Below are positions 8,737 through 15,792 of a DNA stretch of 20,000 bases, piece by piece. Both the position numbers and the translations under genes were made by a program. This DNA comes from an uncultured virus (IMG/VR IMGVR_UViG_2788500061_000001) (lineage: Duplodnaviria > Heunggongvirae > Uroviricota > Caudoviricetes). The stretch is taken from IMG/VR virus record IMGVR_UViG_2788500061_000001; one strand, written 5' to 3'. The first letter of the stretch is position 1; every line of letters starts with the position of its first letter. Under the pieces are notes generated by a model that was given only the letters and a program-made list of their open reading frames with translations, was not told where the DNA came from and did not search any database.

Positions 8737-8782
8737 GAACCACTGAAAGCGCGAATGCGCTGTAGGTGGTGTTTCTTTATTT
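8737..8782 (+). ncRNA. Candidate DUF3800-associated small RNA: hairpin with GAA/GUA E-loop followed by a U-rich tail
   Basis: ACCACU 8739-44 pairs with GGUGGU 8765-70; internal loop GAA/GUA; AGCGC 8748-52 pairs with GCGCU 8757-61; loop GAAU; tail GUUUCUUUAUUU. Confidence 0.7.
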
Positions 8783-9562
8783 GGGGTAGACTACAATTCC
8801 AAACCGATCCGTTTTCGATGCCTTTAGGTTCAATACCGGCTCGAGCCTCCTCAACCACCGATCCAATCGTGCAGAGTTGACCAAAGGAGGGATTCTTCCA
8901 GCCAAATTACCAACTCCCAATTGCAAAAGCTTATGCATATAAACAATGTAGGCCGCGCAATCGCACGCTTGTAGAAAGTAGCTTTCCCCGGAGTCCTTCG
9001 GCAGGGGATCTTCGAGGAGCCTTGTAATCTTTCTGTTGACTGCTCCACCGAAATGCGACGGCACGAAATTTACTCTCTGAATCCGGCGGCTCGTTGACCT
9101 CATTTTTCCGACTCGACCTTCATCGGTTATGACCAAGAACTTCGCCGTTGGGTCCCTATTGCTGAGGTCATTTTCCATCCTCTGAATTGAATAGCTGAGT
9201 GCGCTGTCTAAGACACCATAATCGCCCCTCTGGATAGCGTGCTTGTTTATCACCACGTTCACTATCCGTACGTCCAATCGGGATATTTCATTAACAAAAG
9301 CTTCAATAATGGCGACGCGCTGGCGGCCCGATAGACTCAGGCTCCTGTAATCCCCCTTATTAAGGAGAAGCTCTTTCGTGTGAATCTCCCATTTCAAGGG
9401 AAACTTGTATTTTTTCGTCAGCCTTTGCCGGAAACTGCGCAGTCGCTCATATTCTTGCTGCCACATGGCCATATGCACCATGATTCCGGATAGGACGAAC
9501 AATGGAGATGAAAATTGCGGATAGCCATCGTCACCCGACTCATCGTAGTATACAAGATACAT
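8777..9562 (-). CDS. DUF3800 domain protein
   Basis: N-terminal YYDESG, central DEG and C-terminal DS..SYFLQACD..AY (QxxD) are the DUF3800 signature motifs. Confidence 0.9.
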   Translation of the reverse strand: MYLVYYDESGDDGYPQFSSPLFVLSGIMVHMAMWQQEYERLRSFRQRLTKKYKFPLKWEIHTKELLLNKGDYRSLSLSGRQRVAIIEAFVNEISRLDVRIVNVVINKHAIQRGDYGVLDSALSYSIQRMENDLSNRDPTAKFLVITDEGRVGKMRSTSRRIQRVNFVPSHFGGAVNRKITRLLEDPLPKDSGESYFLQACDCAAYIVYMHKLLQLGVGNLAGRIPPLVNSARLDRWLRRLEPVLNLKASKTDRFGIVVYPK

Positions 9563-9643
9563 GGAACCAATTCGACTTCCTGGGCAACGGAATGCAAATA
9601 GAATGCAAAAGAACGGCCACCGAACGGCGACACAATTACAGTG

Positions 9644-10417
9644 TTAGCTGCTTCGCAGTTTACGAATGATTCGATCCAACTCTTCCACAGCTACCTGGCG
9701 ATCCGCCTTTGAAAGCTTTTCCAGCTCTTTCTCGAACTTGGACAATGTACTGAATGCGCTCTGACTCTTTTTCCGGTCCTGGGCCAGAACCTTCTTTGCC
9801 GCCTGGATATCCTTCCGCTCCACCCTGCCCTTTGCCAGTTTTGCTGCTTCATCGTAGAGGTTCTTATAGCGCTGAAGCATCCTGGGCTGAATCCCGGTCT
9901 TTTCTACGAGTTCATCGAGGTGATAGTTCTGACCCCGCTTTCGGCTGAAGTAATCGGGGTATGTGTCGGCCAGCAGGAGCACTTTGCCTTCCACATCATT
10001 CTTCTTTGCGGTGATGTTGTCGCCACCCAGGGCCAGCAGCTCTTCCTCCTTTGAGAGCTTTCTGGTAACGTAACGGACCGGGACTTTTTCATCTCCGCGC
10101 TCTATAGCGATTTCTTTCCGAACGTGGCCACCGAGAATCTTGCCCCCGGCCTGCCAGTTATTTGGATCGTCTGGGAGAAAAATGATCGGCTCCAGGATCC
10201 CGGACAGATCGATGGAGGCCTTTACCTCGGCTTTTTTCTTGGGATCGTTGGAGAAGTACCGGTAGTTGTCTTCATGATCCCGGAGCAGATTAGGAGAGAG
10301 CTCCCGGACCGGAGACAGAAATTTCTCCTCGATAGAAAACGACATTGTGTCGTTTTCCTGGAGCCCCCGGCGCTTTAGTCCGCCCGAGATATTGCCTCTG
10401 AGAGTCTTCTTGCTCAC
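9644..10417 (-). CDS. parB: ParB/Srx-domain partition protein
   Basis: SIDLSGILEPII...ILGGHVRKEIA...EKVPV is a ParB N-terminal motif; GTGA overlap with the parA stop. Confidence 0.85.
   Translation of the reverse strand: MSKKTLRGNISGGLKRRGLQENDTMSFSIEEKFLSPVRELSPNLLRDHEDNYRYFSNDPKKKAEVKASIDLSGILEPIIFLPDDPNNWQAGGKILGGHVRKEIAIERGDEKVPVRYVTRKLSKEEELLALGGDNITAKKNDVEGKVLLLADTYPDYFSRKRGQNYHLDELVEKTGIQPRMLQRYKNLYDEAAKLAKGRVERKDIQAAKKVLAQDRKKSQSAFSTLSKFEKELEKLSKADRQVAVEELDRIIRKLRSS
10335..10357. repeat. 23-bp palindrome, copy 1 (candidate parS) inside parB
   Basis: GAAAACGACA-TTG-TGTCGTTTTC; identical copy at 11032-11054. Confidence 0.75.
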
Positions 10418-11133
10418 GACAACTCCTTACTCAGCCTGTGAAACTGCTCTTCCGAATCGGATCCAGAGGGCAGGGGACGGCCCCGACCCAGGGCTGTTTT
10501 CACCACCCCTTTACGGAGAATCGATGCCCTTGAGAACTCCACTTCCCCGTCCATATCCTGGCGCAGTTTTTCATCCTCAGACCCTGAGACGATAGAAGGC
10601 ACCACAAGCAGCCTCTGGGATCCCCCGCTCTTCCGGGCTTTCGCCACCTCATCAATAAGCATCCCAACTCCCTGGACCGCCCATCGATCATAGGTCATTG
10701 GAGAGAGGACAATATCTGCCATGTTGATTGCCTGGCGGAATTCATAGGATAGCCCTGGAGGAGAATCCACAATCGCATAATCGTATTCCAGGCACCGCAC
10801 TTCTTTAGCAATCCGCAGCATTGCTCCCGGGTCCCCTGCCATTTCAATCCCGGCCCGATGCAGATGCAGGGTAGATGGGATACAGTCGATCCCGAAACCT
10901 GTCTCCCAGATGAGCTCGCGTGGGTCCGCAGCCTCCGTCAATAGCTGCAGAGCTCCCCGCCGGTCGAGCTGGTCAATATCCGTATCCCGCAGAAGGAAAT
11001 CGGTGGCGCTGGCCTGGGGATCCAGATCCAGGAAAACGACATTGTGTCGTTTTCTCAATTCGAGTGCCAGGTGGATACTGATGGCCGTCTTTCCCACGCC
11101 GCCTTTCAGGGATGACAGAATAATGATTTTCAC
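10414..11133 (-). CDS. parA: ParA family ATPase
   Basis: Deviant Walker A KGGVGKT, DLDPQASAT, YDYAIVDSPPGL. Confidence 0.95.
   Translation of the reverse strand: MKIIILSSLKGGVGKTAISIHLALELRKRHNVVFLDLDPQASATDFLLRDTDIDQLDRRGALQLLTEAADPRELIWETGFGIDCIPSTLHLHRAGIEMAGDPGAMLRIAKEVRCLEYDYAIVDSPPGLSYEFRQAINMADIVLSPMTYDRWAVQGVGMLIDEVAKARKSGGSQRLLVVPSIVSGSEDEKLRQDMDGEVEFSRASILRKGVVKTALGRGRPLPSGSDSEEQFHRLSKELS
11032..11054. repeat. 23-bp palindrome, copy 2 (candidate parS) inside parA
   Basis: Identical to 10335-10357 but read in a different codon frame. Confidence 0.75.
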
Positions 11134-11299
11134 AGGCGGAACGTCCTCGACGCAAACTCACCGGTCAATTCATTCTACACGGAAAGATGGATAGCGAAAG
11201 AAAAAGAGAGGTTACTCAGCAACCTCGACGAATTGCCAGACCATACGCTTATCATGGCTCACCAATGGCTCTTACCTGACCACTGGACCGGGCATAACT

Positions 11300-11377
11300 A
11301 ACTGCCTGGAGCCAGGCACCCATGAATTGCCTTCGAGGTCCTCTGACTTCGACTACCTGGGACCAGGCAGTTTTTTT
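11300..11377 (+). repeat. Two related palindromic boxes, or one long stem-loop ending in T7
   Basis: ACTGCCTGG-AG-CCAGGCA (11301-18) and ACTACCTGG-GA-CCAGGCA (11352-69); outer inverted repeat AACTGCCTGG 11300-09 / CCAGGCAGTT 11363-72; T7 at 11371-77. Confidence 0.55.
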
Positions 11378-11410
11378 CTTGACCGCCATGTACTTAGCCA
11401 GTACACGTTT

Positions 11411-11512
11411 ACCCAGAGCAACGCTAACCTGTGTTGCCCGGGTTACCAGGCGGGGCAGGGGGGTCAGAGCCCCTCTCCGCATTCCCTTCCTCTCCCCAAT
11501 ACGCCCGCCCCG
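11411..11512 (+). ncRNA. Candidate structured antisense/regulatory RNA complementary to the rep leader and ribosome-binding site
   Basis: Stems ACCC/GGGT, GCAAC/GTTGC, CGGGGC/GCCCCG, AGGGG/CCCCT. Its loops and pyrimidine tract are complementary to 11578-86, 11598-605 and 11656-74. Confidence 0.55.
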
Positions 11513-11532
11513 ATTTTATGTCGCATTTAAAC

Positions 11533-11560
11533 TTGACGGACTATTATGTCTCATTAGGGT
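11533..11560 (+). promoter_or_regulatory. Putative rep promoter overlapped by a 12-bp direct repeat
   Basis: TTGACG-N16-TAGGGT; TTATGTCGCATT 11516-27 and TTATGTCTCATT 11544-55 flank the -35 box. Confidence 0.5.
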
Positions 11561-11670
11561 GCGTACTGGCTACACCTCTCTGACCCGCTTTGCGGATGGT
11601 TTAGCCACCCGGGCACGAAGCCCTCAACATTGATTATCCGGACCCTGCGATAACAGGGGAGGGGGAAGGT

Positions 11671-12306
11671 ATGCTTGCACGACAGAAGATAGTCGGGCCG
11701 GGGCAGCTTGTGCCCGCAGAGCCTGGCCAAAAGCCACAAAAGAAACCGCGAGGGAAGAAAGGCCCCCGAATGAGCCTGCTTCGCCGAATTGAAAGACTTA
11801 GCCATCATAACGTTCAGCGATTCTCTGGATGGTGTTTTGCGGGAAACGATACCCTGGCAGCGGACTATGACGTAGAACCCAGGACTATTCGCCGCTGGTT
11901 CCGCCAACTCGAAAATGAGAAGCTCATTGAGACAAAAATCGTTGGCAACATCCGCCTGAGCCGGGCGACAAAGCGTGGCCTCGGAGCCCTGGCAGACGAG
12001 GGAGAGGCGGACAAATTGACCCCGGACGCCCCCAAGAAGTCCGCTCAGTTGTCCGGAGAGACGGACATTGAGTCCGTGTCCGGCGGACAGGCAGGCCCTG
12101 GAGGCGGACATTCGGTCCCCGTACATAGTACCGATCTCTGTACCGAGTACGTACTGGCAACGCTCCAGAAAAAGCTCAGCCCCAGCTCCTATCGGAAGGC
12201 TTCCGAGGCCTATGTCGCCGCCTCTGATGGAAAAGTGATCTTTCTGCATCTCCCAAATTACCTTGAAGAGATCCTCCGGTCATTTTTCGATGCTGAATTT
12301 ATTTAG
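11671..12306 (+). CDS. HTH replication initiator (HTH_36 / phage Rep-like)
   Basis: GWCFAGNDTLAADYDVEPRTIRRWFRQLENEKLI winged-HTH motif; strong G-rich SD; divergent from parAB; internal iterons. Confidence 0.75.
   Translation: MLARQKIVGPGQLVPAEPGQKPQKKPRGKKGPRMSLLRRIERLSHHNVQRFSGWCFAGNDTLAADYDVEPRTIRRWFRQLENEKLIETKIVGNIRLSRATKRGLGALADEGEADKLTPDAPKKSAQLSGETDIESVSGGQAGPGGGHSVPVHSTDLCTEYVLATLQKKLSPSSYRKASEAYVAASDGKVIFLHLPNYLEEILRSFFDAEFI
12004..12154. other. Putative replication origin inside rep (iterons plus GTAC cluster)
   Basis: CGGACA-N4-G(A/T/G)CC at 12008, 12062, 12084, 12105; inverted half-site TGTCCG at 12050; five GTAC in 12121-12154. Confidence 0.65.
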
Positions 12307-12321
12307 GGCGGATGCAGGCGA

Positions 12322-13068
12322 CTATCTTCCGACGAATGCACCAAGCCCAGCAGATACCAAGGTGAAGAGGCTAAACCCGCCGATGAAAGCAATTACGGAC
12401 GGTTGGCTATCCACGTGAACATCATGGGCCTCCTGAAGCATGTCTTCGATGGCGCCCACGGCCAGTAGGCCGGATACGACTGCCAGGCCGCCCGCCTTTA
12501 TTTGCCCCGGGGCACCGCGAAGAAGAAAGTATGCAGCCACAGCGGCCCCAACAACGTAGACGAAGAATAAAACGGAAAGAGATATTCGGCGAGCCCTGGC
12601 AATACCTTTACTGCGGAAGTTTGCAGCCGCTGCGTACCCTTCCGGCACGTCTGCGAGCACCTGGCCGGCAGATAGAACTAGGGCCCACTTCAAAGAAACG
12701 GAGGCACCCGTGCCCGTCATCAGCCCGTCGCTCATAAGGTCGATGGCTACGGCGGCATAAATCATCCACATGCGTCTGTTCCCTGCACCATCACTTGTGC
12801 CTTGTAGGCGTTTGACTATGGAATCCAGTGCTATGTAGCTTAAGCCACCTATGGCAAAGGCAAGCGCAACCCACCAGCCCGCGATTTGCTCAAGAGCACC
12901 TGGTATGAGTTCCACGGCTACGATTGCGATAACGATACCCGACGCCGCGTGAAGAGCCCAATTCAGAGACCGAGCTGAGGGAGCCCTTGCTTCTGCGGCG
13001 AGGGCTCCGAGAAAGTTGCCGGCACCGGGCAACAAGGATAGCAGGATTACAGTAAAGATATCTTCCAT
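12322..13068 (-). CDS. ZIP (ZupT/GufA) family metal transporter
   Basis: Multi-TM protein with ALHAASGIVIAIVAVELIP, DLMSDGL, QVLADVPEG, EDMLQEAH; likely start MEDIF at 13068. Confidence 0.85.
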   Translation of the reverse strand: MEDIFTVILLSLLPGAGNFLGALAAEARAPSARSLNWALHAASGIVIAIVAVELIPGALEQIAGWWVALAFAIGGLSYIALDSIVKRLQGTSDGAGNRRMWMIYAAVAIDLMSDGLMTGTGASVSLKWALVLSAGQVLADVPEGYAAAANFRSKGIARARRISLSVLFFVYVVGAAVAAYFLLRGAPGQIKAGGLAVVSGLLAVGAIEDMLQEAHDVHVDSQPSVIAFIGGFSLFTLVSAGLGAFVGR

Positions 13069-13370
13069 GGATACTCTTGGTAAATACAAATGAGTCTGAA
13101 TAGTGGTGACAACCATTATAAAGATAGAAGCGACCGAGTCATATCTATAAAAAGTCGAATCTCCTAAATACTAAAATCTATCTTCAAAATGCGCCCGTCT
13201 GCAATCCGAAAATTACCGTTTTCGCCTCGAAACGAAGGCGATATGTTAGTTCTGCCTGTCGGGTGCAGGCGCTCGGCACGGTTCTAAGCCTTAATTCGAT
13301 CCGGGGACTCCACATTCAACGGTTTACAAAATAATGTTGACAGCCCCTGGCAAAACGTTGCGATTGATAT

Positions 13371-13787
13371 GTGCGCGGACTAACCCACAGGACAGCAGTG
13401 CTTTCATTGCTTGTATTTCTGGGAATAGTAATTGGGCCTCCGATCTTCTGTCATCAAGGATGGAGCGGCTCCGAACTGCAGGCAACAACTTTGGCTGCTG
13501 GCTCTTTTGCCACCGAGGCATCCAGATCTGAAACACAGCAGCACTGGCATACAGCATTCTCGCACTGTCGGTCCGAATGCGGGCCTCCTGAATCAGCATT
13601 GAGCCATTTCGCAGAAGGGGGCTCCCTGTTTTTCGCGCCTTTTCCGGACTTTTTGTCCTGCCCGGCGGTGCCAGAAATCTTGCTTCCTTCGAGTCGATAC
13701 TACCTGGTGTCGCATTCGGATGATCGCCAGGTGGCCATCATCCGTGATATAGCTCTTCCTTTGTCCAACGCCCCCCCCGCCTCCTGA
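13371..13787 (+). CDS. Hypothetical CzcI/DUF2946-like leader protein upstream of czcC
   Basis: N-terminal hydrophobic segment, HCH-like FCH and HWH/HCxxxC motifs, C-terminal NAPP; ends 28 nt before czcC. Confidence 0.5.
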   Translation: MRGLTHRTAVLSLLVFLGIVIGPPIFCHQGWSGSELQATTLAAGSFATEASRSETQQHWHTAFSHCRSECGPPESALSHFAEGGSLFFAPFPDFLSCPAVPEILLPSSRYYLVSHSDDRQVAIIRDIALPLSNAPPAS

Positions 13788-13815
13788 AGATAGTCAATCT
13801 TTAAAGGAGGAAACA

Positions 13816-15123
13816 ATGAAACAGTACTACTTGTATGCTGGCTGGCTGGCCTTGCTGCTGGTTCCAGCCATGCATTCCATCGATGCAGAGGAGCCCGAAA
13901 CCGCTTCTGTGGAGGCTACAAACTCCCTGGAGCTACAGGAATGCAGCTTGAACGGCCCTGCCGATGTTCTACGATGCGTAAAGAAGAATGACCCTGACGT
14001 GCGAAAAGCACGGTCCCAATTGCAACAAAGAATCTCGGCCCTAGAAACTGCGGAGCAACGGCCCAACCCTGAGCTGGAAGCCGAGGCAGACCTCAGTTCG
14101 CCCAGGTCCTACAGCCTGGAATACAGACACATAATAGAGCTGGGCAATCGGCGAGAACTCCGCACGAATGTGGCTCAGGGCCGACAGCGAGAAGCAGCGC
14201 TTCAAGTGGAACTATCGCTGCAAAATGCAGTGATGCGAACAGCCATCGCTCTATACCGCCTCAAACAACTGCGGGAGGAAGAGGTCTTTCTTCGTGAAGC
14301 CCGAAATGCCTTCAATACAGCCATCGGGCGGCTTTACCGATTACCTTCCAGAAGCGCAAATCAGCAGGCAAGTTTGTTTAGTTACGTTCTGGCAAGAAAT
14401 AGCATTGAACAGCAGCGGGTTCGAATGGATACGGAGCGAGAGTCCATTCGCGCAGATCTAGAACGATGGACCGGTCAGCGCATTTCGGATGCTGCACTCA
14501 CGGCCATTGCAGCCGAGCATCCAAAAAACTGGCCGGAAATGCCCGATGAATATTCAAAATCGGTGGAACTGGCTCTGGCTAAAGAAGGCGTCGCACGTTC
14601 TGCTGCCAATCTCAGGCTCCAGGAAAGCAGGAAGTGGCCGGACCTGGGTATTGGCCCACGCTTTTCCTACAGCCCAAATGAATCGGGCCCTCTGGATTTT
14701 GGTTCATCTGAAGGACGATGGAATGCGGGTGTTTCTTTTTCTGTCACGCTTCCACTCTACAATCAATATGAAGGACAGGAGAAAGAAGCTCGAGCCCGGA
14801 AACAATCCGAAGAGATTCAGCGACAGACAACCGAGCTTTCCCTGGAAAGCGAATACCGTTCCATGGCACGATCCTATGCTGTTCTCGTCAATGGCTTCAA
14901 TCGTACTGCATCGCCGGAATCAATGGCCGGACAGAGGTATGCCATACTCGGGTATTTGAGTCGAGGGCTGGTGAGTCCGCCCATGCTTATTGAGTACCAT
15001 CGAACGTATGCGGACTATCTGCATCAATATCATACAACCCAGCTTCAGGCATTGCGCTTGCTCTGGAGAGGGTACGCTCTATCAGGGAGGATTTTAGACG
15101 ATGACGTTATCCATAGCATTTGA
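13816..15123 (+). CDS. czcC: TolC/CzcC family outer membrane efflux protein
   Basis: Signal peptide, RPNPEL, ELGNRRELR, WPDLGIG, FSVTLPLYNQYEG; SD AAGGAGG. Confidence 0.85.
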   Translation: MKQYYLYAGWLALLLVPAMHSIDAEEPETASVEATNSLELQECSLNGPADVLRCVKKNDPDVRKARSQLQQRISALETAEQRPNPELEAEADLSSPRSYSLEYRHIIELGNRRELRTNVAQGRQREAALQVELSLQNAVMRTAIALYRLKQLREEEVFLREARNAFNTAIGRLYRLPSRSANQQASLFSYVLARNSIEQQRVRMDTERESIRADLERWTGQRISDAALTAIAAEHPKNWPEMPDEYSKSVELALAKEGVARSAANLRLQESRKWPDLGIGPRFSYSPNESGPLDFGSSEGRWNAGVSFSVTLPLYNQYEGQEKEARARKQSEEIQRQTTELSLESEYRSMARSYAVLVNGFNRTASPESMAGQRYAILGYLSRGLVSPPMLIEYHRTYADYLHQYHTTQLQALRLLWRGYALSGRILDDDVIHSI

Positions 15124-15154
15124 CTTATCCGGGGGAAGAAGGGCCCTACCGGGC

Positions 15155-15754
15155 ATGGAAAGCTCAAAAATAGGATTCTGCCTGGCGGGCTGCATGCTCA
15201 CCGTTGTCTCCTTTTGTGGCGAGTCGCCGGAACACGCTAATGCGAATTCTCAGTCCGGTCATTCGGAGAGCCATGCCGAGGAAGGCACTCACGATCATAG
15301 AGCGCAGGAGGAATCCGGCTCGCAACATTCAGAGGAAAGTAGTTCAAACCATTCACACAATGAAACGGATTCCTCCGGTTCAAACCAGAATGCAGGGCCG
15401 CAGTACGCCGTCTTGAAGGCGAATCAGGAAAAAGGTATCCAGCTATCAGAGCAATCCCTGAAGATTTGTGGGATTCGTTTTGCAGCCCCCGGGAAGTATA
15501 AGGGTAATTTCCCTGCTTCGAGCCTGGTTCATGTGTCTGGGCTGCAGCTGGTATATGTAAGAAAGGGAGATTGGATCTTTCCGGTCAATCTGGGTAACTC
15601 CACTCATTCGCCGAGCGCAGAGGAGATCCCTTCGTTGCGACAAGCGGCAGCTGTGGACTGGGTTCAGTCCGAACTTGCTGTAGAAAATGTGGATATAATC
15701 CATCTGGCCCTTCTGGAAGCTTTTGGCGCTTCGGGATCCGGTCATGGACACTGA
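15155..15754 (+). CDS. His-rich minimal CzcB-like periplasmic (lipo)protein; alternative start at 15101
   Basis: Lies between czcC and czcA; possible lipobox VSFC; His/Ser/Glu-rich linker; GIQLSEQSLKICGI and PASSLVHVSG..VYVRKG adaptor-like motifs. Confidence 0.65.
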   Translation: MESSKIGFCLAGCMLTVVSFCGESPEHANANSQSGHSESHAEEGTHDHRAQEESGSQHSEESSSNHSHNETDSSGSNQNAGPQYAVLKANQEKGIQLSEQSLKICGIRFAAPGKYKGNFPASSLVHVSGLQLVYVRKGDWIFPVNLGNSTHSPSAEEIPSLRQAAAVDWVQSELAVENVDIIHLALLEAFGASGSGHGH

Positions 15755-15792
15755 TCCTATCCATCCAGACGGACGATTCAGCAGGAAATTCT

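Larger units (their letters stand above)
1..12306. mobile_element. Part of a temperate phage-plasmid/prophage (structural, lysis, partition and replication modules); left end outside window
   Basis: Tail fibre, portal, adaptor, holin/endolysin, parAB and HTH replication initiator genes are contiguous. No integrase or att site is seen, so the right boundary is approximate. Confidence 0.8.

Noticed and set aside
11554..12249. 231-aa minus-strand ORF
   Set aside because: Antisense shadow of rep with no recognisable motif.
13280..13315. TTCGATCCGGGGACTCCAC as a tRNA/tmRNA 3' fragment (att site)
   Set aside because: A T-arm stem cannot be formed, there is no CCA end, and no second copy was seen.
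13337..13370. TTGACA upstream of the czc leader as a promoter
   Set aside because: No acceptable -10 hexamer at 16-19 bp spacing.
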